Positions 26,498 to 35,493 of a DNA stretch of 64,000 bases are shown in pieces (within the stretch, counting starts at the first letter, position 1; every line of letters begins with the position of its first letter). The stretch is from contig CAJWML010000007.1 in NCBI GenBank assembly GCA_913043285.1, forward strand, positions 43,955 to 107,954, read 5' to 3'. Below the pieces are notes generated by a model that was not told the DNA's origin, made no database searches, and saw only the letters and a list, made by a program, of their open reading frames with translations. A program made the translations under genes and the position numbers. This DNA is from an uncultured Cryomorphaceae bacterium. GTDB taxonomy: Bacteria; Bacteroidota; Bacteroidia; Flavobacteriales; Schleiferiaceae.

Positions 26498-27556
26498 ATG
26501 CGAACGCTTAAGACCCCCGTTGATATTTTTCTGTACAGCCGCCCCGAGCGTGCTGCAAATTATAAGAAGGGGAGGATCTTCGCAGGTTTTGAGGTCAGCA
26601 TATTGGAAGACGTAAATGGTGAATCCATTGGAGGTAATGATGTATGGTTCAAAGATGGTAATGGAGACTACTTGTGGAGCGGTGATTTTGAGGCAAGTGA
26701 ATCATTGAGCTTGCCAAGTGCATCGTTACCATGGTGGATTACGGAATATGGGATCAATAAACTGTGGGACCTTGAACTTAAAGGAGAAGGAGTGAAAATT
26801 GCCGTTTTGGATTCGGGTGTACAGCTCGATCACCCGGACCTGCATATAAGTTCAGAAAATACAGCGGATTTCTCCCAAAGCCAACAAGCTGGAGTGGATG
26901 ATCACGAAGGCCACGGAACACACTTAGCCGGGATTATCAATGGAAAGCATAATGAGAATGAGGTTTTTGGTATGGCACCACAGTCCGAACTTTTTTTGGC
27001 TAAAGTAACGAGTAATGAATGGGGTGATGATCCGAAATTACTGGCTAACGCAGTAGATTGGGCCGTTTCCAAAAATGTAGATATACTATCCATTAGTAAA
27101 GGTTTTGAAAAACATGATGATCGCTTATTTGAAAGTATTCAAGCTGCCGTTCAGAAATCCATTATAGTAGTTTGTGCAGCGGGTAATTTTGAGACGGACC
27201 GTAATCGGATTCTCTTTCCGGCCGGTTTTGATCATGTACTGGCCATTGGAGCGTCTACTCGTACTAAAGCTGTTCAGGCCAATTCTTCAGTAGCCTCCAG
27301 GATAGACCTTTTGGCACCCGGGGAGAACATCTATTCTACCTTCAAAGAGTCATCCTACAAAAGGATGTCTGGCACAAGCCAGGCCACACCATTTGTGGCT
27401 TCTTCGCTTGCTCTGCTTATCCAGGCCTGCAGAAAAAAGAATATTGACTACTCTTTGCTTTTCTTTAAAACCTTACTTCAAAATACGGCAACACCCGCTG
27501 TAACCTCTGACCGTCATTTAATAATCAACCCTATCAAAGCTTATGAAAACCTGTAG
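26498..27556 (+). CDS. S8 family subtilisin-like serine peptidase with an ~80-aa N-terminal SH3-like domain; no signal peptide or propeptide
   Basis: VAVLDSGV (Asp), HGTHLAGII (His), CAAGN (oxyanion Asn) and SGTSQATPFVA (Ser). An in-frame TGA at 26492-26494 excludes an N-terminal extension. Confidence 0.9.
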   Translation: MRTLKTPVDIFLYSRPERAANYKKGRIFAGFEVSILEDVNGESIGGNDVWFKDGNGDYLWSGDFEASESLSLPSASLPWWITEYGINKLWDLELKGEGVKIAVLDSGVQLDHPDLHISSENTADFSQSQQAGVDDHEGHGTHLAGIINGKHNENEVFGMAPQSELFLAKVTSNEWGDDPKLLANAVDWAVSKNVDILSISKGFEKHDDRLFESIQAAVQKSIIVVCAAGNFETDRNRILFPAGFDHVLAIGASTRTKAVQANSSVASRIDLLAPGENIYSTFKESSYKRMSGTSQATPFVASSLALLIQACRKKNIDYSLLFFKTLLQNTATPAVTSDRHLIINPIKAYENL

Positions 27557-29753
27557 ACTACTGCTCATTTTTACTGTATGCCTATTTTCAGGGCCGGTAT
27601 TTCCCCAATTGGCTTTTAAAGACGCATTGACTTTGCGAACCCTGGATCACCGATTATCAGAAGGTCAGGTGCAGTTTCTTCAGCAAGACTCGGCCACCTT
27701 AATGGATATACTGAAAAATCACTCTGTCTACTCAACGTATCAAGGGATTGCCAAGGATTTTGAGAATAATCCATTTATAGCATTATCACATTCGGCAAGT
27801 CAAAGTATAGCACCAAGTGATCAGCCAAATGTGCCCAGCGATTTTTCATTGGGAGGCCTATCCGGTTTTAATGTAACCCACATCGCTGACGGTCTGGCCC
27901 GTTTTCTCGTAGAGCGGACCAAGCAGGAATTGTCGGTAGCTTTCTTCGAAAAATTCAAAGAACAACTGGAAGCACAACGGCAATTGCAGATACTATTCCC
28001 TTCTACCTTCCAAAGGCTGGAAGCCATAGGGGATGACATTTATCGATTCTCTGCTTACCTGGAGTCCCTACGTACCGCGTTTCAACAAGACCTTACGTCA
28101 CTTTTGCCGCACCTCAGGCAGCTGATCCAAGACCCGAGTATGGATCAGGTGTTTGCTCAGAACCCGGTATTGAGGATCATTTTGTCGGACGGTTTATACC
28201 TGGTCATGCAGCTTAACGATGATAAGCATATTGGAGATGCACTGAATAGCTACATAAGCTATGAAGCCAGTCCGGCACATCTGGATTCTATCAATAGCAA
28301 TATCTATCCGTCACTTGCTCTTCTGAATACCATTTCCCAGTCGCTCCGAAATGATACTCCCGCCAACGGTTCGTATTGGGTAAGATCCCAGGATTTTGCA
28401 GAACTCAAAGATGAGGTTACCTTAAAGCTATACCTGGGGCTCCTGTATCAGCAACTGGAGTTGTTTGAAATTGAACATAATCAACAACTCCGGATTGGGA
28501 ACCGGCCGGTGCTCGACTTCCTGGAAAAAGGAAATCAGGATTTTTCAAAATTCCGTGATACCGCTATAGCCTTGATTAGCCCGGTGGTTCAGGAAGGCAA
28601 GGAGATAGATGTTAAACTCAGTTATATCCTTAATCTTCAGCAGCAAGGGCAGAAAGCTAACTATACGGACTTTTATGAGTTGATGCAGGCCTCCCTTAAC
28701 TTCCTGGAAACCGTGAAGAAAACCTACCAGCTTGTGTCAGGTGAAAAAGTCCCGCTGGGCTTTGACCGCTTTCTGAAGCTCACCCATTCCCTTGGCGATA
28801 TGTACGTGGACATCAATGAAAAGAGATATGCATCGGCTGTTTCGGAATTGGTAAGCCTTTACCAGGAATACGTGGTGAAACCTGCAGAAGATCACAGTGA
28901 AGCGGTTTCCCAGGCGGTGCTTGCACAGCGCGAAGAATTTGAAGATGCCTTTGAGAAAGCTATAAAGGACGGTGAAAATGTAGCTGGCCTAAAACAATTA
29001 CTCAGCAATTATGAAGTGAAAGCCGCTATCTCCAAACCACTCCAGGACTCCATATTAGCCATCGTAGGAAGATATTCTTCCGACCGCAATACACTGAAAA
29101 AACAGTTTGAAGCGCTGGATATAGAAGACTATGAAAAGAAGTATGCGGAGTACCAGTCGCGCATTTCAGATTTTTTAAGGACGTATGGAAATTTTGCGGC
29201 TACAGTGGCCAGGGCAGAAAACAGTGCACAGGTACAGGAGGCCATTGAGGCAGCTGCCTTGCCGGCAGGAAGTTCACGCATCAAGCGGAACACCGCTTTT
29301 AATGTAGCCCTAAATGGCTACGTAGGTTTGCATTACGGTTATGAAAATATGAAGATCAACGGGGAGGCAAAATTCAAACCTACCTTTGGTTTGTCTGCCC
29401 CCGTGGGATTAGTCATAAGTACAAGTGTAAGAAGTAAACCGGAAAATGGCACCTCCCTGTCTCTTTTTCTATCTATTGTAGATGTGGGAGCGCTGGCTTC
29501 TTTTCGCTTTGATGATCCTGAAACCGAGAGTGTACCGGATATAGAGTTGAAGGATATTGTCTCCCCGGGAGCTTTTTTTGTGGTAGGTTTAAATAAAATG
29601 CCACTTTCCATTGGAGGAGGCGCTCAGATTGGTCCAAAACTTCACGATGTTACAGCGACTACAGTGAGTACGGTAAGCGACCATTATGTGCGCTATTCTG
29701 TTTTTGTGGTAGTGGATATCCCCATTCTTAATTTCTACACTAAACCACGTTAG
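27543..29753 (+). CDS. Hypothetical 736-aa secreted protein: long helical region plus a beta-rich C-terminal ~150 aa
   Basis: Signal peptide MKTCRLLLIFTVCLFSGPVFPQ. The ATG overlaps the S8 stop by 14 nt. The C-terminus has alternating hydrophobic strands (FNVALNGYVGLHYGY, SLSLFLSIVDVGALASFRF, YVRYSVFVVVDIPILNFY). No family recognised. Confidence 0.6.
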   Translation: MKTCRLLLIFTVCLFSGPVFPQLAFKDALTLRTLDHRLSEGQVQFLQQDSATLMDILKNHSVYSTYQGIAKDFENNPFIALSHSASQSIAPSDQPNVPSDFSLGGLSGFNVTHIADGLARFLVERTKQELSVAFFEKFKEQLEAQRQLQILFPSTFQRLEAIGDDIYRFSAYLESLRTAFQQDLTSLLPHLRQLIQDPSMDQVFAQNPVLRIILSDGLYLVMQLNDDKHIGDALNSYISYEASPAHLDSINSNIYPSLALLNTISQSLRNDTPANGSYWVRSQDFAELKDEVTLKLYLGLLYQQLELFEIEHNQQLRIGNRPVLDFLEKGNQDFSKFRDTAIALISPVVQEGKEIDVKLSYILNLQQQGQKANYTDFYELMQASLNFLETVKKTYQLVSGEKVPLGFDRFLKLTHSLGDMYVDINEKRYASAVSELVSLYQEYVVKPAEDHSEAVSQAVLAQREEFEDAFEKAIKDGENVAGLKQLLSNYEVKAAISKPLQDSILAIVGRYSSDRNTLKKQFEALDIEDYEKKYAEYQSRISDFLRTYGNFAATVARAENSAQVQEAIEAAALPAGSSRIKRNTAFNVALNGYVGLHYGYENMKINGEAKFKPTFGLSAPVGLVISTSVRSKPENGTSLSLFLSIVDVGALASFRFDDPETESVPDIELKDIVSPGAFFVVGLNKMPLSIGGGAQIGPKLHDVTATTVSTVSDHYVRYSVFVVVDIPILNFYTKPR

Positions 29754-29861
29754 GGATAAACTTCCTGGCTAGGTCCAGGCTTACCAGCTATTCATAAGCG
29801 CCCGGATTCCGGACTGTGCGGAATAGGTTACCGTAGCTGAAGTACAGATCGCTGTCTTTTT

Positions 29862-30764
29862 CTAAAACCATATTTCCTGCGCCAGGCGGAAAGTATTGGC
29901 GTGGGCGTCTACAATGTCAGCCAGGCGTTCGGAATACCCTCCGCCCATATTCACCGCTACGGGAATGTTGTTCTTTTTACAAAGGGTAAACACCGTTCGG
30001 TCACGTTCCTTACAAGCTTCCTGGCTGAGGCCAAGCCGGCCCAGCTTGTCGGTTTTCAATACATCCACTCCGCTCTGGAAAAAGATAAAATCCGGCTCCA
30101 CTTCATCCAACAGGCGGGGAAGGGTATTTTGCAATTGCTGCAGATAGTACTCATCCCCGGTTCCATCCGGTAGCTCAATGTCCAGGTCTGACTTTTCCTT
30201 GTGGAGCGGATAATTGTGCGCTCCATGCATGGAAAAGGTGAAAACGCGTGGTTCATGTTCCATGATCTTTGCGGTACCATTGCCCTGGTGTACATCCAGA
30301 TCTACCACCAGTATTTGGGAAGCTTCACCTTTATCCAGTAACCAATGCGAAGCCAGCGCAATGTCGTTCAGCAGGCAAAAGCCTTCACCATGATCGGTAT
30401 AAGCATGGTGAGTTCCGCCCGCAATGTTCATGGATACGCCATATTGTTTGGCATACCGGCAATTGTCAAGGGTGCCCTGGCAAATAGTGATCTCTCTTTC
30501 CACCAGTTCCGGAGACAGGGGGAAGCCGGTTTTTCGCTCCTCCGCCCGGCTGAGCCCGCAGGCCTTCAGTTTACTCCAATACTGTTCATCGTGCGTGCGT
30601 AGGATCTGCTTCTCGGTGAGTTTGCCGGGAGCGAAAAAATTCTCCTTAGTACAGGTGCCCTCATACATGAGTTGCTCCGGCAAGAGAGAATACTTGGCCA
30701 TAGGAAAACGGTGCCCCGGAGGTAAGGGGTGATGGTAAACCGGGGCGTAGGCAATCTTTAGCAT
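29862..30764 (-). CDS. Histone deacetylase family protein (acetoin utilisation/acetylpolyamine amidohydrolase-like)
   Basis: 300 aa. GGTHHA, DLDVHQGNGT and GGGY motifs. Confidence 0.85.
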   Translation of the reverse strand: MLKIAYAPVYHHPLPPGHRFPMAKYSLLPEQLMYEGTCTKENFFAPGKLTEKQILRTHDEQYWSKLKACGLSRAEERKTGFPLSPELVEREITICQGTLDNCRYAKQYGVSMNIAGGTHHAYTDHGEGFCLLNDIALASHWLLDKGEASQILVVDLDVHQGNGTAKIMEHEPRVFTFSMHGAHNYPLHKEKSDLDIELPDGTGDEYYLQQLQNTLPRLLDEVEPDFIFFQSGVDVLKTDKLGRLGLSQEACKERDRTVFTLCKKNNIPVAVNMGGGYSERLADIVDAHANTFRLAQEIWF

Positions 30765-30846
30765 ACACCTAAAATACTGCTGCCAGCCGGATACTGAAGA
30801 ATAATACCGGATTTAGGTGAGGATGAACTCGCATCAGGCCGGGCCA

Positions 30847-30869
30847 TAGCGTAACTCTAGCGTAACTCT
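30847..30869 (-). repeat. 11-bp tandem duplication (AGCGTAACTCT x2) spanning the pheT stop codon
   Basis: Plus-strand units at 30848-30858 and 30859-30869 are identical. The TAG stop (30857-30859) is formed at the junction. Confidence 0.9.
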
Positions 30870-33277
30870 GCAGCGAATTCTTGTTTGAAACGCTCCAGGA
30901 TGTTGTTCATCACCTTATCCACCTGCTTGTCGTTCAGGGTTTTTTCATCATCTCGCAAAATAAAACTCAACGCATACGACTTTTTACCAGCCGGAAGGTT
31001 CTTGCCTTCGTACACATCAAACAGGTTTACCGAACGCAATAGTTTTCGTTCCGCTTTTTCTGCGGTGTTTTTAAGGTCGGTATAGGCTACATCCTTGTTC
31101 AGTAAAAGGGCTAAATCCCTGCGTACTTCCGGGTATTTGGGTAATTCAGCAAATAGGATCTTTTGCTTACGTGCCTTCTGGGCCAGGTAGCTCCAGTCAA
31201 AATCAGCGTAAAACACTTCCTGGCGGATGTCCAGCTGTTTAGTAATCTCAGTTTTCAGCTTACCCAGGGTAACTACTTCTCTCTTATTGAGGGTAAACCC
31301 TAAGGCGTATTCAAACAATTCGCTGTTGGTTTCCTGTTCTTCACACTCCAGGCCAAGTACGCTCACGATATGGCTCACCTGTGATTTAAGCGTATAAAAA
31401 TCGGAAGTACTCTCCTGGCTTCGCCAGTTTTCGGGCGTTTCTGTGCCACTCACCCATATTCCGAGGCGACTTTTTTCATTGTAGCTTTCTGCGGTTTTTT
31501 GGTAGGTCTTCCCAAACTCATAAAGGCGCAGATCAGGGCGTTGGCGGTTGCTGTTACGTGCAACGGATTCCAGGCCGCCAAACACCAGGTTCTGACGCAT
31601 GGCATTCAGGTCCTGGCTCAATGGGTTGAGCATGGTAACCGATTGAGCCGGATCAAAGCCCCACTTTTCAAAGTAGGAGCCTTTGGTCAGCGAGTTGTTC
31701 ATGATCTCTGCAAAGCCACGGCTGCTCAGGTTCTCGCTTATCTTTTCACGGTAGCGTGCCTCATCACGGGTATCGGTTTGTGCTACTGAGATATTCATTT
31801 TATCGTCAATCTGGATGGCATTGAAACCGTAAATACGCAGAACTTCTTCTACCACATCGGCTTCGCGCTGCACGTCTGCGCGGTAAGCCGGCACTTCCAA
31901 AACAAGGTTTTTACCGGATTCCGCCTTGATACGGATATCCAGGGCGTTGAGTATAGTATGTACCATATCCGGTTCAATCTCCTGGCCGATCAGGCGGGTC
32001 ATATTGTCCAGGTTCAGCTGTACTTCAAAACCTTTTACCGGATTCGGGTTTTCATCACGTATCTCCATAGATACACTGGCTCCGGCTAATTCACGCATTA
32101 AAAGGGCGGCACGTTTAAGGGCGTATAACTCCATTTCAGGGTCAACACCACGTTCGTAACGGAAAGAAGCATCTGTGCTAAGGCCGTGACGCTTGGCCGT
32201 TTTACGGATGGAAACCGGGTTAAAATAGGCTGACTCCAGGAAAACCCGGGTAGTGGATGCAGAAACTCCCGATTTTAAGCCTCCGAAAATACCAGCCATA
32301 CACATGCCTTCCTTCTCATTACAGATCATCAGGTCGCCCACATGCAGGGTACGTTCTTTTTCATCAAGCGTTACAAAAGGGGTGCCTTCCTTCAAGGTTT
32401 TTACCACTACTTTATGGCCGGAAATATGATCAGCATCAAAGGCGTGCAAAGGATGCCCGGTTTCATGCAGAACGTAATTGGTGATATCCACAATAGTGTT
32501 GATGGGTCCCACACCAATGGAACGGAGTCGGTTTTGAAGCCACTCCGGGGAAGGTCCTACCTTAACGTTGGTGAGAGATACACCTGCATAGCGTGGACAG
32601 GCATCGGTATCTTCTATGATCACGTCAATGGGTAAGTCAGTATTGTCAACGGTAAAAGCTCCTACCGATGGGAGTTTTAACTCCACTCCTTTGTACCCGT
32701 GACGGATGAGTGCCGCCCTCAGGTCACGCGCTACACCATAATGGCTCATGGCATCGGTACGGTTAGGCGTAAGGCCTATCTCAAGGATGTAATCCGTCCC
32801 GATATTGAAATATTCGGAAGCAGGTGTACCAGGGATGGCGGTAGGCTCCAGTACCATAATACCTTCATGGGATTTTCCCAGGTTGAGTTCGTCCTCCGCG
32901 CAGATCATTCCCTCGCTTACTTCTCCGCGTATCTTGCTCTTGCGGATCTCAAAGCTCTCCTTTCCATCGTACAAAACCGTTCCAACGGTGGCTACCGGTA
33001 CTTTTTGACCAACCGCCACATTAGGTGCTCCGCAAACAATCTGCAGGGGTTCCTTGCCGCCAACGTTTACCGTGGTTTTTTTCAAACGGTCCGCATTTGG
33101 GTGAGGCTCACAGCTAAGCACTTCGCCTATAACCACACCTTTCAATCCGCCTTTTACGGTTTCAAAAGCTTCAATGCCCTCTACTTCCAGTCCGGTGTCG
33201 GTAAGTATTTCGGCCATAGCCTCGGGGCTCAGATCGGTTTGTATGTATTCTTTAAGCCAGTTATAGGAGATCTTCAT
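30857..33277 (-). CDS. pheT: Phenylalanine--tRNA ligase beta subunit
   Basis: Starts MKISYNWLKEY. Has tRNA-binding, B3/4, B5 and FDX-ACB regions. The start at Met11 is supported by a TACCTTTG box at 33305-33312. Confidence 0.95.
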   Translation of the reverse strand: MKISYNWLKEYIQTDLSPEAMAEILTDTGLEVEGIEAFETVKGGLKGVVIGEVLSCEPHPNADRLKKTTVNVGGKEPLQIVCGAPNVAVGQKVPVATVGTVLYDGKESFEIRKSKIRGEVSEGMICAEDELNLGKSHEGIMVLEPTAIPGTPASEYFNIGTDYILEIGLTPNRTDAMSHYGVARDLRAALIRHGYKGVELKLPSVGAFTVDNTDLPIDVIIEDTDACPRYAGVSLTNVKVGPSPEWLQNRLRSIGVGPINTIVDITNYVLHETGHPLHAFDADHISGHKVVVKTLKEGTPFVTLDEKERTLHVGDLMICNEKEGMCMAGIFGGLKSGVSASTTRVFLESAYFNPVSIRKTAKRHGLSTDASFRYERGVDPEMELYALKRAALLMRELAGASVSMEIRDENPNPVKGFEVQLNLDNMTRLIGQEIEPDMVHTILNALDIRIKAESGKNLVLEVPAYRADVQREADVVEEVLRIYGFNAIQIDDKMNISVAQTDTRDEARYREKISENLSSRGFAEIMNNSLTKGSYFEKWGFDPAQSVTMLNPLSQDLNAMRQNLVFGGLESVARNSNRQRPDLRLYEFGKTYQKTAESYNEKSRLGIWVSGTETPENWRSQESTSDFYTLKSQVSHIVSVLGLECEEQETNSELFEYALGFTLNKREVVTLGKLKTEITKQLDIRQEVFYADFDWSYLAQKARKQKILFAELPKYPEVRRDLALLLNKDVAYTDLKNTAEKAERKLLRSVNLFDVYEGKNLPAGKKSYALSFILRDDEKTLNDKQVDKVMNNILERFKQEFAAELR

Positions 33278-33304
33278 GGATCGTTCAGATTTTTTGCAAG
33301 GGGG

Positions 33305-33312
33305 CAAAGGTA
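33305..33312 (-). promoter_or_regulatory. -7-type box TACCTTTG upstream of pheT
   Basis: Reverse complement of caaaggta. Lies 28 nt upstream of the ATG at 33277. Confidence 0.4.
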
Positions 33313-33378
33313 AGCAGGTGATCCCTGAAATGCGAATTTTTAAAGCGCTCAGAAGAATGCTTATAAACTAAGGGGTTT

Positions 33379-33386
33379 TACCTTTG
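33379..33386 (+). promoter_or_regulatory. -7-type box TACCTTTG upstream of yggS
   Basis: Matches TAnnTTTG. Lies 23 nt upstream of the ATG at 33409. Confidence 0.4.
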
Positions 33387-33408
33387 TTAAAGGCTAAAAC
33401 CTCAAACT

Positions 33409-34074
33409 ATGGATGCGCTCATCGCTGAAAATATTCAACTCTTTAAAAAACAGCTTTCGGACCATGTAACCCTGGTCGCAGTTTCCAAGACCAAACCGGT
33501 GGAAGATATCCGGGAAGCTTATGAAGCGGGCCACCGGGATTTTGGGGAGAACCGTATCCAGGAAATGGTGGATAAGCATGAAGAACTTCCCAAGGATATC
33601 CGTTGGCACATGATAGGCCATGTGCAGAATAATAAGATCAAGTACATGGCTTCCTTTGTAAACATGGTGCACGGGATGGACAAACCCAAGCGGTTTAAGG
33701 AACTGGATAAGGAAGCCGCTAAACATGACCGTGTGATTGATTGTCTTTTACAGGTGCATATTGCCGAGGAGGAATCCAAGTTCGGTTTTGATTATAACGA
33801 AGCCTGGGCTTTCCTGGAAGATAAACCCACCGAAAAATATCCCAACTTACGGGTGCGGGGACTAATGGGAATGGCCACGCTTACCGATGATCAGGCACGG
33901 ATCCGGAACGAGTTTAAAGGACTTCGCCAGTTTTATGATAAGGTGCGCACCGAGCTTTCACTGAAGGACTTCAATATTCTTTCTATGGGAATGAGCGGTG
34001 ATTACCAATGGGCAGTGGACGAAGGTTCCAATATGGTACGTATAGGATCAGCCATTTTTGGTAAACGTCAGTAA
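33409..34074 (+). CDS. yggS: YggS family pyridoxal phosphate homeostasis protein
   Basis: 221 aa. LVAVSKTKP (PLP lysine), HMIGHVQNNK, MGMS.DY and VRIGSAIFG motifs. Confidence 0.9.
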   Translation: MDALIAENIQLFKKQLSDHVTLVAVSKTKPVEDIREAYEAGHRDFGENRIQEMVDKHEELPKDIRWHMIGHVQNNKIKYMASFVNMVHGMDKPKRFKELDKEAAKHDRVIDCLLQVHIAEEESKFGFDYNEAWAFLEDKPTEKYPNLRVRGLMGMATLTDDQARIRNEFKGLRQFYDKVRTELSLKDFNILSMGMSGDYQWAVDEGSNMVRIGSAIFGKRQ

Positions 34075-34706
34075 AGGTAAATCCCAACGCGGATACCGGC
34101 CAGGGGTCGAAAGCCGGAAAAGCGGGGATCGTTCAGGATCATTTCCTCTTCCCGGTATTCCACCGGGCTGTTGTGGTAAGCTTTTGAAGCAGCGGCCCCT
34201 ATGTAGTATTCCATAAATACGTAACGGTAGTTTACTTCAAAACCCAATACCATTTCATAGCCAAATTGCAGGGTGTTTTCCGTGAAAGAACGGGTCTCCT
34301 TTCGTAAAAAAGTATTTCCGTTTTCTTCAAAAGGGAAGAAATCCTCAATGGGATAATTGAAGGTGCCTTCGCGGAACCTAAGCCCATGACGAACATAGAA
34401 ATAATTCTGGTTAACAGTACAACCGAGGTACATCTTGTGGTAGATACGACTGTCCGTACCCCGCCATAAAGCCTCATTTCCTTCAGTTGCATAGAGGCCG
34501 TCCCGGTCCTGCATATAGCCGCTGCTGATTCCAAAAACGTGGCGTTCGTGAAAGCGATAGCTCGCGTCAAAGATCAGGTCACCGGTAAGGATAAAGTCAC
34601 CGGCATAGAACCCCGCCTGGAAACGGGCCGGGTGATAGGATTCTGTCTGAGCATGGCTATTTACGGCCAGCAGCAAAGTAAAAAGAAGCAGATACAGGCT
34701 TTTCAT
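34068..34706 (-). CDS. Hypothetical outer-membrane beta-barrel-like protein
   Basis: Signal peptide ending HAQ. Aromatic-rich alternating pattern. C-terminal GIRVGIYLY. Confidence 0.45.
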   Translation of the reverse strand: MKSLYLLLFTLLLAVNSHAQTESYHPARFQAGFYAGDFILTGDLIFDASYRFHERHVFGISSGYMQDRDGLYATEGNEALWRGTDSRIYHKMYLGCTVNQNYFYVRHGLRFREGTFNYPIEDFFPFEENGNTFLRKETRSFTENTLQFGYEMVLGFEVNYRYVFMEYYIGAAASKAYHNSPVEYREEEMILNDPRFSGFRPLAGIRVGIYLY

Positions 34707-35449
34707 CAGAGTTCACTTAAAAAGGTTAGGGTCTTATTGCGGTAACGGTACTGTTTCAGGCCGTCAGTGGTGGCAATGATCATTACATCTCCATTGGGAA
34801 TAATATCCCGGGCAGGGATGTCTTCAATAGCGTTCAGCAGCTTGATCTTATTGGGGTCTGATACGTCCAGCACTTTTACTCCATTGTCACAAACCAGTAG
34901 CGTATCGCCATACAATCCCAGTCCCAACGGTTTTATCATGGGGAAAGAGGTGACCAGGGAAGGGTCTTTTAATTGGCGGATGTCAATGATATCCAGTTGG
35001 TTTACATTCCGGAAGCAGCGGTTGCTGTTCACATCAGAGTGAAGAGTTACATAGGCGTAATTTTCATTGGCCACTACCGGGTCACAACTCACAATATGCT
35101 CGTAACGGCTTAGCAGTTTGATGCTAGGGGCATTGGATACATCATAAATGTACATACCCTGGGTAGTTCCAATAAAAATGGTGGCGCTGTCACGCGGAAA
35201 GATGGTTTCTACCTGTACGTTGAGCTGGTGATTGCTGAGGTAAATGGGGTTGGAACGATTGGAAATATCAAAAACTTTCAGTTGGCTTCCGTCCACCGAG
35301 TAGAGATGGTCTTTTACAATGGCAAAACGCGCCAGGCTGCCGCCTTTTCCGGGGCCATTACTTGCGGTGTCAGAGCCGGAAGCTCCTTCTTTTTCGCAGG
35401 AGGAGAGCAGGGCCATCCAGCCCACGATAAGATACAGGTATCTTTTCAT
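34706..35449 (-). CDS. LVIVD-repeat-like beta-propeller lipoprotein
   Basis: Lipobox LLSSC. Repeated ...Y(A/I).... (V/I)(F/Y)D(V/I)S(N/D)...P units (KVFDISNRSNP, YIYDVSNAPS, KVLDVSDPNK). Confidence 0.5.
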   Translation of the reverse strand: MKRYLYLIVGWMALLSSCEKEGASGSDTASNGPGKGGSLARFAIVKDHLYSVDGSQLKVFDISNRSNPIYLSNHQLNVQVETIFPRDSATIFIGTTQGMYIYDVSNAPSIKLLSRYEHIVSCDPVVANENYAYVTLHSDVNSNRCFRNVNQLDIIDIRQLKDPSLVTSFPMIKPLGLGLYGDTLLVCDNGVKVLDVSDPNKIKLLNAIEDIPARDIIPNGDVMIIATTDGLKQYRYRNKTLTFLSEL

Positions 35450-35493
35450 AGATAATTCAGGTATTAGTGCAACAATATTTTAAACAGCAGTGC

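Noticed and set aside
26437-26511. The 24-codon ORF as a RiPP/lanthipeptide precursor processed by the S8 peptidase
   Set aside because: It has a single Cys, no Ser/Thr/Cys-rich core, no recognisable leader motif, and no modification enzyme genes nearby. It is kept only as a possible upstream ORF in the spacer finding.
25671-29753. Known protease-containing defence systems, such as IetAS-type (ATPase plus S8 protease)
   Set aside because: No P-loop/Walker A motif is visible in any of the neighbouring proteins. The large partner protein has a signal peptide. The locus therefore does not match the described architecture.
32699-33313. Long antisense ORFs, e.g. 32699..33313, 46141..46734, 37912..38460, 54716..55231, 15237..15782, 23192..23800 and 22085..22597
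   Set aside because: Each lies entirely opposite a gene with strong family motifs. Their translations are low-complexity or Arg/Gly/Leu-rich with no motifs. This is the typical shadow-ORF pattern.
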